From: a virus
Taxonomy: Duplodnaviria > Heunggongvirae > Uroviricota > Caudoviricetes
Reading direction: 5' to 3' (one strand)
Length of the DNA stretch: 18,662 nucleotides
IMG/VR virus record: IMGVR_UViG_3300010259_000013
Coordinates: 1-18,662 of that record
A model generated the notes under the pieces. The model was not told the DNA's origin. It ran no database searches and saw nothing but the letters and a program-made list of their open reading frames with translations. Below, piece after piece: positions 1 through 7,794 of this stretch. Numbering within the stretch: the first letter of the stretch is position 1; each line of letters starts with the position of its first letter. The translations under genes were made by a program, and so were the position numbers.

Positions 1-33
1 AGCACGATGCCGTTACGTGAAAGGCATCGTGCT
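1..33. repeat. Perfect inverted repeat (arms AGCACGATGCC / GGCATCGTGCT, 11-nt loop) at the window edge; possibly a host-side stem-loop
   Basis: Seen directly in the sequence. No T-tract follows, and the upstream context is outside the window. Confidence 0.35.
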
Positions 34-96
34 ATGAAGGGAGATTCTATCGATGTGGTCAATGGAAGACGGTGACCAGGGATAGGGCTTATGCAT

Positions 97-123
97 AAAA
101 AATAAGCCCGTGTAAGGGAGATT
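97..123. other. Candidate P2-type attachment core at the int-proximal prophage-host junction
   Basis: AAAAAATAAGCCCGTGTAAGGGAGATT matches the 27-bp P2 att core as I recall it, and lies about 80 bp beyond the int stop. Recalled from memory, not searched. Confidence 0.55.
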
Positions 124-202
124 TAGGGTGTCACCAGTAGGGGCTTTCAACGGTACAATGCGGGTTTGAGCGGCATAAATTACCACTGAAAGCCCTTAAA
201 CG

Positions 203-1216
203 TTACTCTACTGTGGACACTGTGTGGACACTCTCGGCCTCAGTACCACCTCTTAGCGGATTAAGAGAAATGGCGTCCTGAAGGTACTCTGGCGCAAAAT
301 GAGCGTAAACCATAGTTTGCTCAATCCGCGTGTGGCCTAGTATCCGTTGTAGCGTGATAATACTTCCTCCATTAATCATGAAATGAGTGGCAAAGCTGTG
401 CCTTAGTGCATGTGTGGCTTGCCCCGTTGGCAAATCCGGTTTTATTGCTTTCATTGTTCGTCTGAAGCGAGGGTAATCAGCATCAGGGAATAAAAAACCT
501 CGTTTGTTATCCGCGATCATTTTGGCAACAGCCTCTGAGATCGGGACGGTGCGTGGTTTGTTTGTTTTCGTTTTAACAAACGTGACGCGGTTATGGATGA
601 TATTTTCTGCTTTCAAACGAGCTGCTTCTCCCCAACGTGCTCCAGTACTCAGGCAAAGAATCGCAATCTTTTTATTGTCGCCGTCAAGAGCAGCAAGCAG
701 TAAGGCAATTTCTTCCTGCGTGAGATAGCCTGTGTCTGGTTTTTCCTCCTTAAGCCTTTTTGTCCCTCTGATAGGGTGCTCACCAAAGAATAACTCCGCT
801 TCAATCAGGGCTGTAAACATGCCGCTAATACATGTTAAATCACGATTGATACTCGAAGGTTTAATACCCTGACTTCTTCGGGTGGCGCAGTACTGGCTGA
901 TAAGCGATTTCGTAATTTGAAATGCGCATGGGTCATTCGTTATTTTTGTGAAGATTTCAATTTTTCCAAGATTAGATTTCCCATGCTCTTCGTGTTTACC
1001 CTTTAAATCCCACCAGATCTGTGTCAGCTCCGACAGACGTCGCTTGTCTGTTGGTTTTGATAGCCATTCTTTATTGTGGTGGTTGTACAACGTGTATTTC
1101 TCGAAAGCGACAGCTTCGCTTTTCTTATCAAACTTCCTACGTATGCGTTTTCCATTACGTCCAGTAGGGCGGATGTCCACTTCATATCGACCATCATCGA
1201 GTTTTTTGATTGCCAT
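203..1216 (-). CDS. int: Tyrosine-recombinase integrase (P2 Int-like)
   Basis: 337-aa ORF with ATG at 1216-1214. Carries the C-terminal catalytic signature R...HxxR...Y (GARWGEAARL, HALRHSFATHF, HTRIEQTMVYAHF). Length and position next to att match P2 Int. Confidence 0.93.
   Translation of the reverse strand: MAIKKLDDGRYEVDIRPTGRNGKRIRRKFDKKSEAVAFEKYTLYNHHNKEWLSKPTDKRRLSELTQIWWDLKGKHEEHGKSNLGKIEIFTKITNDPCAFQITKSLISQYCATRRSQGIKPSSINRDLTCISGMFTALIEAELFFGEHPIRGTKRLKEEKPDTGYLTQEEIALLLAALDGDNKKIAILCLSTGARWGEAARLKAENIIHNRVTFVKTKTNKPRTVPISEAVAKMIADNKRGFLFPDADYPRFRRTMKAIKPDLPTGQATHALRHSFATHFMINGGSIITLQRILGHTRIEQTMVYAHFAPEYLQDAISLNPLRGGTEAESVHTVSTVE
213..231. promoter_or_regulatory. Two direct repeats TGTGGACA (213-220, 224-231); candidate Int arm-type binding sites
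   Basis: Direct repeat seen in sequence, overlapping the int 3' end next to the att core. P2 Int arm sites are direct repeats of this type, as I recall. Confidence 0.5.
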
Positions 1217-1331
1217 CAGAAAACCCTCCGAGTGGTGTGTTTTTTGGCGACTACTAATCGCTTTTTTCGTGGTGGCTGAAATTTAGCCACCAATAGTAGG
1301 CACTTGTGATGAATATATTCACGATGAATTG

Positions 1332-1631
1332 TTAACCAGTCTTTTGACCGGAGTGGGGCGACGTTGTTTCGTTTTGCCCAAAGTGTGCGAGAGCGGGCGC
1401 AATTTGCCCGGACTCAGGAGCGATCTGATTGGTCATGAACCATAAAGTGTATTTGGTGAATTGTGGGGTCTGCAGGATGTTCATCATGACATCTGTTGGA
1501 GGTGTTGAACGACCACTTTCATAGTAACTCAGCGTGCCATACGGAACCCCTGTTAAATCAGCAAGTTGTTGTCTGCTCAAATACTCTGATTTTCGCATTA
1601 AGACTATCTTCTCGCTTATCGTGTTTGACAT
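1332..1631 (-). CDS. C: Immunity repressor C (P2 C-like), helix-turn-helix
   Basis: 99-aa ORF, same length as P2 C. HTH-like segment QQLADLTGVPYGTLSYYE. Divergent from cox across an operator-bearing intergenic region. Confidence 0.9.
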   Translation of the reverse strand: MSNTISEKIVLMRKSEYLSRQQLADLTGVPYGTLSYYESGRSTPPTDVMMNILQTPQFTKYTLWFMTNQIAPESGQIAPALAHFGQNETTSPHSGQKTG

Positions 1632-1664
1632 GGTGTTTAGATCTCAATAGTATTTAGTTTAGAT
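1625..1664 (+). promoter_or_regulatory. Candidate early promoter Pe (-35 TTGACA 1625-1630, -10 TAGTAT 1648-1653) with two direct-repeat operator half-sites GTTTAGAT (1635-1642, 1657-1664)
   Basis: Hexamers have a 17-bp spacer. The two identical 8-mers are 22 bp centre-to-centre and flank the -10, which fits the P2 C-operator arrangement. Further (G/A)TTTAG copies sit at 1652 and 1672. Confidence 0.6.
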
Positions 1665-1698
1665 GTAGATTGTTTAGTGCTTGGATGTGGGCACTAAA

Positions 1699-1722
1699 AG
1701 GCATTATAAGGCATTAAACGCA
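1699..1722 (-). promoter_or_regulatory. Candidate Pc -10 (TATAAT on minus strand, complement of 1703-1708) and Cox-box-like TTAAACGCA (1714-1722)
   Basis: Perfect -10 hexamer in the right orientation for leftward transcription of C. No convincing -35. TTAAACGCA fits the Cox-box consensus TTAAA(G/C)NCA as I recall it. Confidence 0.4.
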
Positions 1723-1745
1723 ATTCATGAGGGCTGGAGGACGAC

Positions 1746-2021
1746 ATGAGCAAGCAAGTAACACTCATGACTGATGCGATTCCTTATCAGGAGTTCGCAA
1801 AACTAATAGGAAAATCGACAGGAGCGGTTCGTCGGATGATCGATAAAGGAAAGCTGCCTGTAATTGATATGACCGATCCACAATCAGCTTCAGGTCGTGC
1901 AGGTGAATATTGGGTATACCTTCCGGCATGGAATAACGGACTAAAACTGGCTTATGAAAGCCGCCCTAAAGAGATTCGTGACGGCTGGTTGATGTGGTTA
2001 GGTCTCGGTGAACCACGTTAA
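1746..2021 (+). CDS. cox: Cox (excisionase and Pc repressor), P2 Cox-like
   Basis: 91-aa ORF, same length as P2 Cox. ATG at 1746 preceded by GGAGGA. First gene of the early rightward operon opposite C. Confidence 0.9.
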   Translation: MSKQVTLMTDAIPYQEFAKLIGKSTGAVRRMIDKGKLPVIDMTDPQSASGRAGEYWVYLPAWNNGLKLAYESRPKEIRDGWLMWLGLGEPR

Positions 2022-2031
2022 GGAGAACCGT

Positions 2032-2202
2032 ATGAATGAGCCTCGTTGTATTGCTCAGTTACTGCGTAACGAAAGCTCCAGGGCGATTGACTTCACCATC
2101 ACCCACGGTAAGGGGCGTAAGGGAATCATTATCCGCACCAAAAAACAGAGTCCGTTAAAGAAGGCTCTGACCTTTCTGAAAAGCCGGAGGGTATGGAAAT
2201 GA
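2032..2202 (+). CDS. Small basic early protein of unknown function (P2 orf78 position)
   Basis: The ORF-track start at 2008 is GTG. The first ATG is 2032, with AAGGAG six nt upstream. Synteny between cox and B. Confidence 0.6.
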   Translation: MNEPRCIAQLLRNESSRAIDFTITHGKGRKGIIIRTKKQSPLKKALTFLKSRRVWK

Positions 2203-2699
2203 CAGTGATGACGCTCAATCTCGTTGAAAAACAGCCAGCAACTATGCGCCGGATAATTGGTAAGCATCTGGCTGTCCCTCGCTGGCAGGAGACATGCGAT
2301 TATTATAATCAGATGATGGAACGCGAACGGCTAACGGTTTGCTTTCATGCGCAGTTAAAACAGCGTCACGCAACGATGCGTTTTGAAGAAATGAACGACG
2401 TCGAACGTGAACGACTGGTATGTGCAATTGATGAATTGCGCGGGGCATTCTCAAAACGCCGTCAGGTTGGCGCAAGTGAGTATGCATATATTAGTTTTTT
2501 AACAGTCAGTCAGCGTCGCACTTTATTTATGCACGCACGACTGACAGAAAAAGAATTTAACCAGCCATACTGGCGAATTAATGAAGAGTCATGTTACTGG
2601 CGTGATGCTTTATTCCGTGCATTACGTGAATTATTCAGCCTGTTTGAGTATGCACCGACAATTCTGACGTCGGTAAAACCAGAGCAATATCTGCATTAA
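2199..2699 (+). CDS. B: Replication protein B (P2 B-like)
   Basis: ORF 2193-2699. Starting at the third Met (2199) gives 166 aa, equal to P2 B, with GGAGG eight nt upstream. Synteny. Confidence 0.85.
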   Translation: MTVMTLNLVEKQPATMRRIIGKHLAVPRWQETCDYYNQMMERERLTVCFHAQLKQRHATMRFEEMNDVERERLVCAIDELRGAFSKRRQVGASEYAYISFLTVSQRRTLFMHARLTEKEFNQPYWRINEESCYWRDALFRALRELFSLFEYAPTILTSVKPEQYLH

Positions 2700-2720
2700 G
2701 TAATTAACCAGAGTTTTTAA

Positions 2721-2748
2721 CGCACTTAATTGTGCGGGGCTTTTTTTT
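2721..2748 (+). terminator. Candidate intrinsic terminator or attenuator after B (stem CGCAC-TTAATT-GTGCG, then GGGC and a T8 run)
   Basis: Short hairpin followed by eight consecutive T at 2741-2748. The stem is weak; it may allow partial read-through into the downstream early genes. Confidence 0.45.
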
Positions 2749-2762
2749 GCCTGGAGAAAGTC

Positions 2763-2987
2763 ATGCATACAGTTTCTGAAAATCAGTGCGGTAAATACGC
2801 ATTACTGCTGCAACAGGCCAGAACCGAAGCACAGGCCGACGCGGCGACGCGCTTTTCTTCTCATCTTGACGCCATGATTCGCCACATCACAAAGGCGGAG
2901 TTATCCCGCGTGGAGATAGTCGAGCTGCTCAGTCAGGAGTCGGAAAAATTTCACAATATCGGATTGTCTCGCGGGGAGGTACTTTGA
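2763..2987 (+). CDS. Hypothetical early protein (P2 orf80-83 family position)
   Basis: The ORF-track start at 2730 is TTG. The first ATG is 2763, with GGAG six nt upstream. Its stop overlaps the next start (ATGA-type coupling). Confidence 0.6.
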   Translation: MHTVSENQCGKYALLLQQARTEAQADAATRFSSHLDAMIRHITKAELSRVEIVELLSQESEKFHNIGLSRGEVL

Positions 2988-3289
2988 TGTCCTGTTCTCA
3001 TTCAGTTGTATTACTGAATAACGCCTTAAAAATCGCCGTTATGAAAAATGGCGATTTGTCTCTTATTCAACTTTGTCTTGATAAAGAAAAACGCGACATA
3101 ACTGAATCTGTTATCGCGATTTATCAGAATGAATTAAACCTCCTGTCTGATGTGGTCAATTTACTTGTTAAACGCGCTGTATTCCACAAGCAAATTTCCT
3201 CAGTGGATGAACTGACACAATTAACGACAGAAATCGCCAGCTATTGCGCTGATGAATTTAAGAAACTGAACGACAAAAGGAGCTGGTAA
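2987..3289 (+). CDS. Hypothetical early protein
   Basis: ATG at 2987 overlaps the upstream TGA; the stop overlaps the next ATG (TAATG). Synteny with the P2 early operon. Confidence 0.6.
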   Translation: MSCSHSVVLLNNALKIAVMKNGDLSLIQLCLDKEKRDITESVIAIYQNELNLLSDVVNLLVKRAVFHKQISSVDELTQLTTEIASYCADEFKKLNDKRSW

Positions 3290-3513
3290 TGCCGGACAAC
3301 GTGGATTTTATTCAGGAACAACAGGCTGAATTACTGGAGCGCCAGATTAACGCGGCAAGGGTAAAACATTATGGTGCTTCTGCGCTGGTTTGCGAAGAGT
3401 GTGATGCGCCAATACCTGCTGCCCGTCGTGCGGCTTATCCGTCAGCCACGAGTTGTGTTTCCTGTCAGTCAGTCTTTGAAGCAAAAAACAAACATTACCG
3501 GAGAACGGCATGA
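3289..3513 (+). CDS. TraR/DksA-family C4 zinc-finger protein
   Basis: 74 aa with CEEC ... CVSC (CxxC-x16-CxxC). AAAGGAG lies upstream. Translationally coupled to its neighbours. Confidence 0.7.
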   Translation: MPDNVDFIQEQQAELLERQINAARVKHYGASALVCEECDAPIPAARRAAYPSATSCVSCQSVFEAKNKHYRRTA

Positions 3514-3785
3514 GTATTCGTATTGAAATTGGCGAACGTTATGTCGTTACCAGTGACAGCTTTCAGTTTATTCTCCACGAGAAAAAGAGAGCGGAAAGCG
3601 GTAAAAACGCCGGTCAGGAATGGCTGGCGGTGGTTGGTTATTACCCGAAATTAAGTCAGCTCGTTTCCGGCCTGATGCATCACGATATTCTGACCGGAAG
3701 CGCAAAATCTTTTGCCGATTTAAACGCGCAGGTTGAGCAACTCAGCAGGCGTTGTTCAGAGGCTTTTGGCTCATATGGCCGTTAA
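3510..3785 (+). CDS. Hypothetical early protein immediately upstream of A
   Basis: 91-aa ORF. Start overlaps the upstream stop (ATGA); the 3' end overlaps the A start. Confidence 0.6.
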   Translation: MSIRIEIGERYVVTSDSFQFILHEKKRAESGKNAGQEWLAVVGYYPKLSQLVSGLMHHDILTGSAKSFADLNAQVEQLSRRCSEAFGSYGR

Positions 3786-6060
3786 AGCCTCCGGGCGTTT
3801 TGTCCCTCCGTCAGCATTTGCTGCAGGCACCGGTAAGGCGTTTACCGGTGCTTATGCATGGAACGCGCCACGCGAGGCTGTCGGGCGCGAAAGACCCCTT
3901 ACACGTGACGAGATGCGTCAGGTGCAAGGTGTTTTATCCACGATTAACCGCCTGCCTTACTTTTTGCGCTCGCTGTTTACGTCACGCTATGACTACATCC
4001 GGCGCAATAAAAGCCCGGTGCACGGGTTTTATTTCCTCACATCCACTTTTCAGCGTCGTTTATGGCCGCGCATTGAGCGTGTGAATCAGCGCCATGAAAT
4101 GAACACCGACGCGTCGATGCTGTTTCTGGCTGAGCGTGACCACTATGCGCGCCTGCCGGGGATGAATGACAAGGAGCTGAAAAAGTTTGCCGCCCGTATC
4201 TCATCGCAGCTTTTCATGATGTATGAGGAACTCTGCGATGCATGGGTTGATGCACATGGCGAGAAAGAATCGCTGTTTACGGATGAGGCGCAGGCGCATC
4301 TGTATGGTCATGTTGCTGGCGCTGCACGTGCTTTCAATATTTCCCCGCTCTACTGGAAAAAATACCGTAAAGGACAGATGACCACGAGGCAGGCATATTC
4401 TGCCATTGCCCGTCTGTTTAACGATGAGTGGTGGACTCATCAGCTTAAAGGCCAGCGTATGCGCTGGCATGAGGCGTTACTGATTGCTGTCGGGGAGGTC
4501 AATAAAGACCGTTCTCCTTATGCCAGTAAACATGCCATTCGTGATGTGCGTGCACGCCGCCAGGCAAATCTGGAATTTCTTAAATCGTGTGACCTCGAAA
4601 ACAGGGAAACCGGCGAGCGCATCGACCTTATCAGTAAGGTGATGGGCAGTATTTCTAATCCTGAAATTCGCCGGATGGAGCTGATGAACACCATCGCCGG
4701 TATTGAGCGTTACGCCGCCGCAGAGGGTGATGTGGGGATGTTTATCACGCTGACCGCGCCGTCAAAGTATCACCCGACACGTCAGGTCGGAAAAGGCGAA
4801 AGTAAAACCGTCCAGCTAAATCACGGCTGGAATGATGAGGCATTTAATCCAAAGGATGCGCAGCGTTATCTCTGCCGTATCTGGAGCCTGATGCGCACGG
4901 CATTCAAGGATAATGATTTACAGGTCTACGGTTTGCGAGTCGTCGAGCCACACCACGACGGAACGCCGCACTGGCATATGATGCTTTTTTGTAATCCACG
5001 CCAGCGTAACCAGATTATCGAAATCATGCGTCGCTATGCGCTCAAAGAGGATGGTGACGAAAGAGGAGCCGCGCGAAACCGTTTTCAGGCAAAACACCTT
5101 AACCGGGGCGGTGCTGCGGGATATATCGCGAAATACATCTCAAAAAACATCGATGGCTATGCACTGGATGGTCAGCTCGATAACGATACCGGCAGGCCGC
5201 TGAAAGACACCGCAGCGGCTGTTACCGCATGGGCGTCAACGTGGCGCATCCCGCAATTTAAAACGGTTGGCCTGCCGACAATGGGGGCTTACCGTGAACT
5301 ACGCAAATTGCCTCGCGGCGTCAGCATTGCTGATGAGTTTGACGAGCGCGTCGAGGCTGCACGCGCCGCCGCAGACAGTGGTGATTTTGCGTTGTATATC
5401 AGCGCGCAGGGCGGGGCAAATGTCCCGCGCGATTGTCAGACTGTCAGGGTCGCCCGTAGCCCGTCGGATGAAGTTAACGAGTACGAGGAAGAAGTCGAGA
5501 GAGTGGTCGGCATTTACGCGCCGCATCTCGGCGCGCGTCATATTCATATCACCAGAACGACGGACTGGCGCATTGTGCCGAAAGTTCCGGTCGTTGAGCC
5601 TTTGACTTTAAAAAGCGGCATCGCCGCGCCTCGGAGTCCTGTCAATAACTGTGGAAAACTCACCGGTGGTGATACTTCGTTACCGGCTCCCACACCTTCA
5701 GAGCACGCCGCAGCAGTGCTTAATCTGGTTGATGACGGTGTTATCGAATGGAATGACCAGGAGGTCGTGAAGGCGCTAAGGGGCGCATTAAAACACGGAC
5801 TGAGAACACCAAATCGTCAGCAAAGAGCCGGAAGCCCGTTAAAACCGCATGAAATAGCGCCATCGGCCAGAATGACCCGGTCGGAACGAATGCAAATTAC
5901 CCGTATCCGCGTTGACCTTGCTCAGAACGGTATCAGGCCGCAGCGATGGGTGCTTGAGGCGCTGGCGCGTGGCGCGACCGTAAATTATGACGGGAAAAAA
6001 TTCACGTATCCGGTCGCTGATGAGTGGCCGGGATTCTCAACAGTAATGGAGTGGAAATGA
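3775..6060 (+). CDS. A: Replication initiation protein A, rolling-circle HUH endonuclease (P2 A-like)
   Basis: ORF 3733-6060. Starting at ATG 3775 (MAVKASGRF...) gives 761 aa, matching P2 A. HUH-type motif PHWHMMLF and paired tyrosines YIAKYISK. In P2 the ori lies inside this gene; I could not place it from sequence. Confidence 0.92.
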   Translation: MAVKASGRFVPPSAFAAGTGKAFTGAYAWNAPREAVGRERPLTRDEMRQVQGVLSTINRLPYFLRSLFTSRYDYIRRNKSPVHGFYFLTSTFQRRLWPRIERVNQRHEMNTDASMLFLAERDHYARLPGMNDKELKKFAARISSQLFMMYEELCDAWVDAHGEKESLFTDEAQAHLYGHVAGAARAFNISPLYWKKYRKGQMTTRQAYSAIARLFNDEWWTHQLKGQRMRWHEALLIAVGEVNKDRSPYASKHAIRDVRARRQANLEFLKSCDLENRETGERIDLISKVMGSISNPEIRRMELMNTIAGIERYAAAEGDVGMFITLTAPSKYHPTRQVGKGESKTVQLNHGWNDEAFNPKDAQRYLCRIWSLMRTAFKDNDLQVYGLRVVEPHHDGTPHWHMMLFCNPRQRNQIIEIMRRYALKEDGDERGAARNRFQAKHLNRGGAAGYIAKYISKNIDGYALDGQLDNDTGRPLKDTAAAVTAWASTWRIPQFKTVGLPTMGAYRELRKLPRGVSIADEFDERVEAARAAADSGDFALYISAQGGANVPRDCQTVRVARSPSDEVNEYEEEVERVVGIYAPHLGARHIHITRTTDWRIVPKVPVVEPLTLKSGIAAPRSPVNNCGKLTGGDTSLPAPTPSEHAAAVLNLVDDGVIEWNDQEVVKALRGALKHGLRTPNRQQRAGSPLKPHEIAPSARMTRSERMQITRIRVDLAQNGIRPQRWVLEALARGATVNYDGKKFTYPVADEWPGFSTVMEWK

Positions 6061-6512
6061 TGGCAAAAATTCACGAGGTAAAGCTGCACGCAAAATATTT
6101 TGACCTTGTGCTGGAAGGAAAGAAACGCGCAGAGTTTCGGAAAAATGACCGTAATTATGAGCGCGGGGACACGTTGATTTTGCATGAATGGGTGCAGGGT
6201 GTGTTTACGGGGCGAAAGGTTGAAGCCCGGATAACAGATGTTACTGACCTGTCAGACTGGCTGGAAGATTATGTCTTGCTAAGTATTGAGCTGCTTAATA
6301 CGGGCGCATATAAGATTGTGAACTGGAAAGAACTTAGTGAGCGTGGCCTGGTATTCAGAATTAATCATGAAATTATGCATCAGCTCGGCCTTGCTGTTAT
6401 GTATGAACCAGAGACGGGGATGTCTGGCGGGGCAATGGTTGCCACGGATGGAGTATGGATCTATTCAGATGAACAGATGGAGCGTGCACAGCAAAACGGG
6501 TGGCTCGGATAA
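6057..6512 (+). CDS. DUF3850/ASCH-like protein
   Basis: Tandem ATGs at 6057 and 6060 overlap the A stop. The N-terminal segment IHEVKLHAKYFDLVLEGKKRAEFRKNDRNYERGDTL resembles the DUF3850 signature. Confidence 0.65.
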   Translation: MMAKIHEVKLHAKYFDLVLEGKKRAEFRKNDRNYERGDTLILHEWVQGVFTGRKVEARITDVTDLSDWLEDYVLLSIELLNTGAYKIVNWKELSERGLVFRINHEIMHQLGLAVMYEPETGMSGGAMVATDGVWIYSDEQMERAQQNGWLG

Positions 6513-6566
6513 TGCACAGAATACCAGGCGAGATACCGCACCATAAAAACTAAAAATATCAAGCTG

Positions 6567-6725
6567 ATGGCCATTGTTCACCGTCTACAGCAGATTATGG
6601 TCAACGAAAATCTGACGCCCGATGAACTAGTCGGGTGTGCCGAAATAGTCCGGGATAATTACGGGCGACTTAACTATATCGGTATCGGTCAGTCCAGAGT
6701 TGCGCCACCACCACGCAGACGATAG
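6567..6725 (+). CDS. Possible small ORF (52 aa), weak
   Basis: ATG at 6567 to TAG at 6723-6725; the stop sits five bp before palindromic element copy 1. No clear Shine-Dalgarno. Below the ORF-track size cutoff. Confidence 0.2.
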   Translation: MAIVHRLQQIMVNENLTPDELVGCAEIVRDNYGRLNYIGIGQSRVAPPPRRR

Positions 6726-6729
6726 AGAA

Positions 6730-6796
6730 CGCCGCCAGTCGTGAAACTTGTTTTCAGGGCTGGCGGCGTTGAACAACGAGCGAAGCGAGGCGTTAG
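6730..6796. repeat. Palindromic element copy 1: ~17-bp imperfect hairpin (CGCCGCCAG...CTGGCGGCG) plus conserved 28-bp tail ending GAGGCGTTAG
   Basis: Seen in sequence. Stem 6730-6768 with inner arm TGAAAC/GTTTTCA. About 80% identical to copy 2 over ~67 bp. Confidence 0.8.
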
Positions 6797-6954
6797 TTGA
6801 CAGTCATATTTTTACTGCGTTGGTGCTGGTTTTTGACGGTTGAAAGGAGTTAGCCCGGAGAGCAAAAGCCAACAACTTACAAATATTCAAAAGTAAGCTT
6901 CCTGTTGCTAACATAAGGTCGATTTTTTATGTGGATGATGCAAAAAGGATAGCT

Positions 6955-7686
6955 ATGGATATTGTAATCGCTTTTCTATCACTCGCTTTTTTCGTTGCTT
7001 TTTTCATCGGGTTAATCAAGCCATCACTGGTGCGGATGCCAAACCGTAAACGTGCAAGTGCGGTTTATCTCGGAGGTAGTTTTGCATTGAGCATAATTGG
7101 TTCAATACTCTACCCAACAGAAAAAAGCCAGCCAGTTGCTAAAACTGAAACAGCAACCGTAGCAGAACACCAGGCTCAAAAAACATTCGAATATACTGAA
7201 AAAACACTCAAGGAATATCGGAACGAGCCAAAGAAGACTCGACACGATATTGTGAATAGTTACATTAACTTTAAGAAAGTGCCAGTCACCGCATCAGATG
7301 CATTTTATGCCTGCATGAGTGAGTATACATTTACCAAAGATGATGAGTTGAAACTCGGTGATGTTCTTGGGTGGTGCTTTAATGATTATGAAAATGACCC
7401 GAATTCATTAAACAATAAAATCAATCTTGATACATTTCAGAGTAATTTTAGTGGTTGGGATGGTTCTTATCGGCCATTGGAAAAATTAATTAAAGATAAT
7501 ATGAACGATGATTCATCTTATAAACATGTGTCAACGGTATATCATTTGGTTTTGAATAAAGACCCGCACGCCATTGTGAAAACCACGTTTCGCGGCACTA
7601 ATGCTTATGGTGGAGTGGTAAAGCAGACCGTAGCGGCGCGCGTCAACGTGCGAACGGGGGAGGTCGATTCGATACTCGACAATTAA
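6955..7686 (+). CDS. Membrane-anchored cargo protein 1 (two predicted N-terminal TM helices, ~180-aa soluble C-terminal domain), unknown function
   Basis: The ORF-track start at 6931 is GTG. The first ATG is 6955, with AAAGGA five nt upstream. Hydrophobic stretches IVIAFLSLAFFVAFFIGLI and AVYLGGSFALSIIGSILY. AT-rich codon usage unlike the backbone. Confidence 0.7.
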   Translation: MDIVIAFLSLAFFVAFFIGLIKPSLVRMPNRKRASAVYLGGSFALSIIGSILYPTEKSQPVAKTETATVAEHQAQKTFEYTEKTLKEYRNEPKKTRHDIVNSYINFKKVPVTASDAFYACMSEYTFTKDDELKLGDVLGWCFNDYENDPNSLNNKINLDTFQSNFSGWDGSYRPLEKLIKDNMNDDSSYKHVSTVYHLVLNKDPHAIVKTTFRGTNAYGGVVKQTVAARVNVRTGEVDSILDN

Positions 7687-7702
7687 ACAATATAGTGACA
7701 TA

Positions 7703-7769
7703 CCCCGCCAGTACTGAAACTTGTTTTCAGTGCTGGCGGGGTTAAACAAAGAGCATCGTGAGGCGTTAG
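7703..7769. repeat. Palindromic element copy 2: near-perfect 39-bp palindrome (CCCCGCCAGTACTGAAAC-ttg-GTTTTCAGTGCTGGCGGGG) plus conserved tail ending GAGGCGTTAG
   Basis: Seen in sequence. 17-bp stem with one G-T wobble. Sits 16 bp after the stop of cargo protein 1 and 25 bp before the start of cargo protein 2. Confidence 0.8.
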
Positions 7770-7794
7770 ATTAAAATCATTTGAGGCAGATAAA

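Noticed and set aside
504-1286. Plus-strand ORFs (504-728, 948-1286, 1076-1279) antisense to int
   Set aside because: They lie wholly inside the well-supported integrase gene on the opposite strand, with no ribosome-binding site or recognisable motif. Typical spurious antisense frames.
3752-4084. 110-aa ORF overlapping the 5' end of gene A in another frame
   Set aside because: Arg/Cys-rich and out of frame with the strongly supported A gene. No independent start signal.
5614-5650. Possible P2 ori nick region inside A (short dyad GCGGC-atc-GCCGC at 5615-5627)
   Set aside because: The P2 ori is known to lie within A, but I cannot locate the nick site from sequence alone. This 5-bp dyad is too weak to call.
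4201-6185. Several minus-strand and alternative-frame ORFs inside A (4201-4470, 5267-5605, 5299-5547, 5985-6185)
   Set aside because: All are embedded in the A coding sequence. Their composition reflects GC-rich coding DNA read out of frame.
6931-7686. Identifying cargo protein 1 as a P2 Tin homologue
   Set aside because: Position and approximate size would fit tin, but I cannot recall the Tin sequence well enough to confirm. Left as unknown function.
7531-7749. 72-aa minus-strand ORF overlapping the 3' end of cargo protein 1 and palindromic copy 2
   Set aside because: Antisense to a better-supported gene and running through the palindrome. No start signal.
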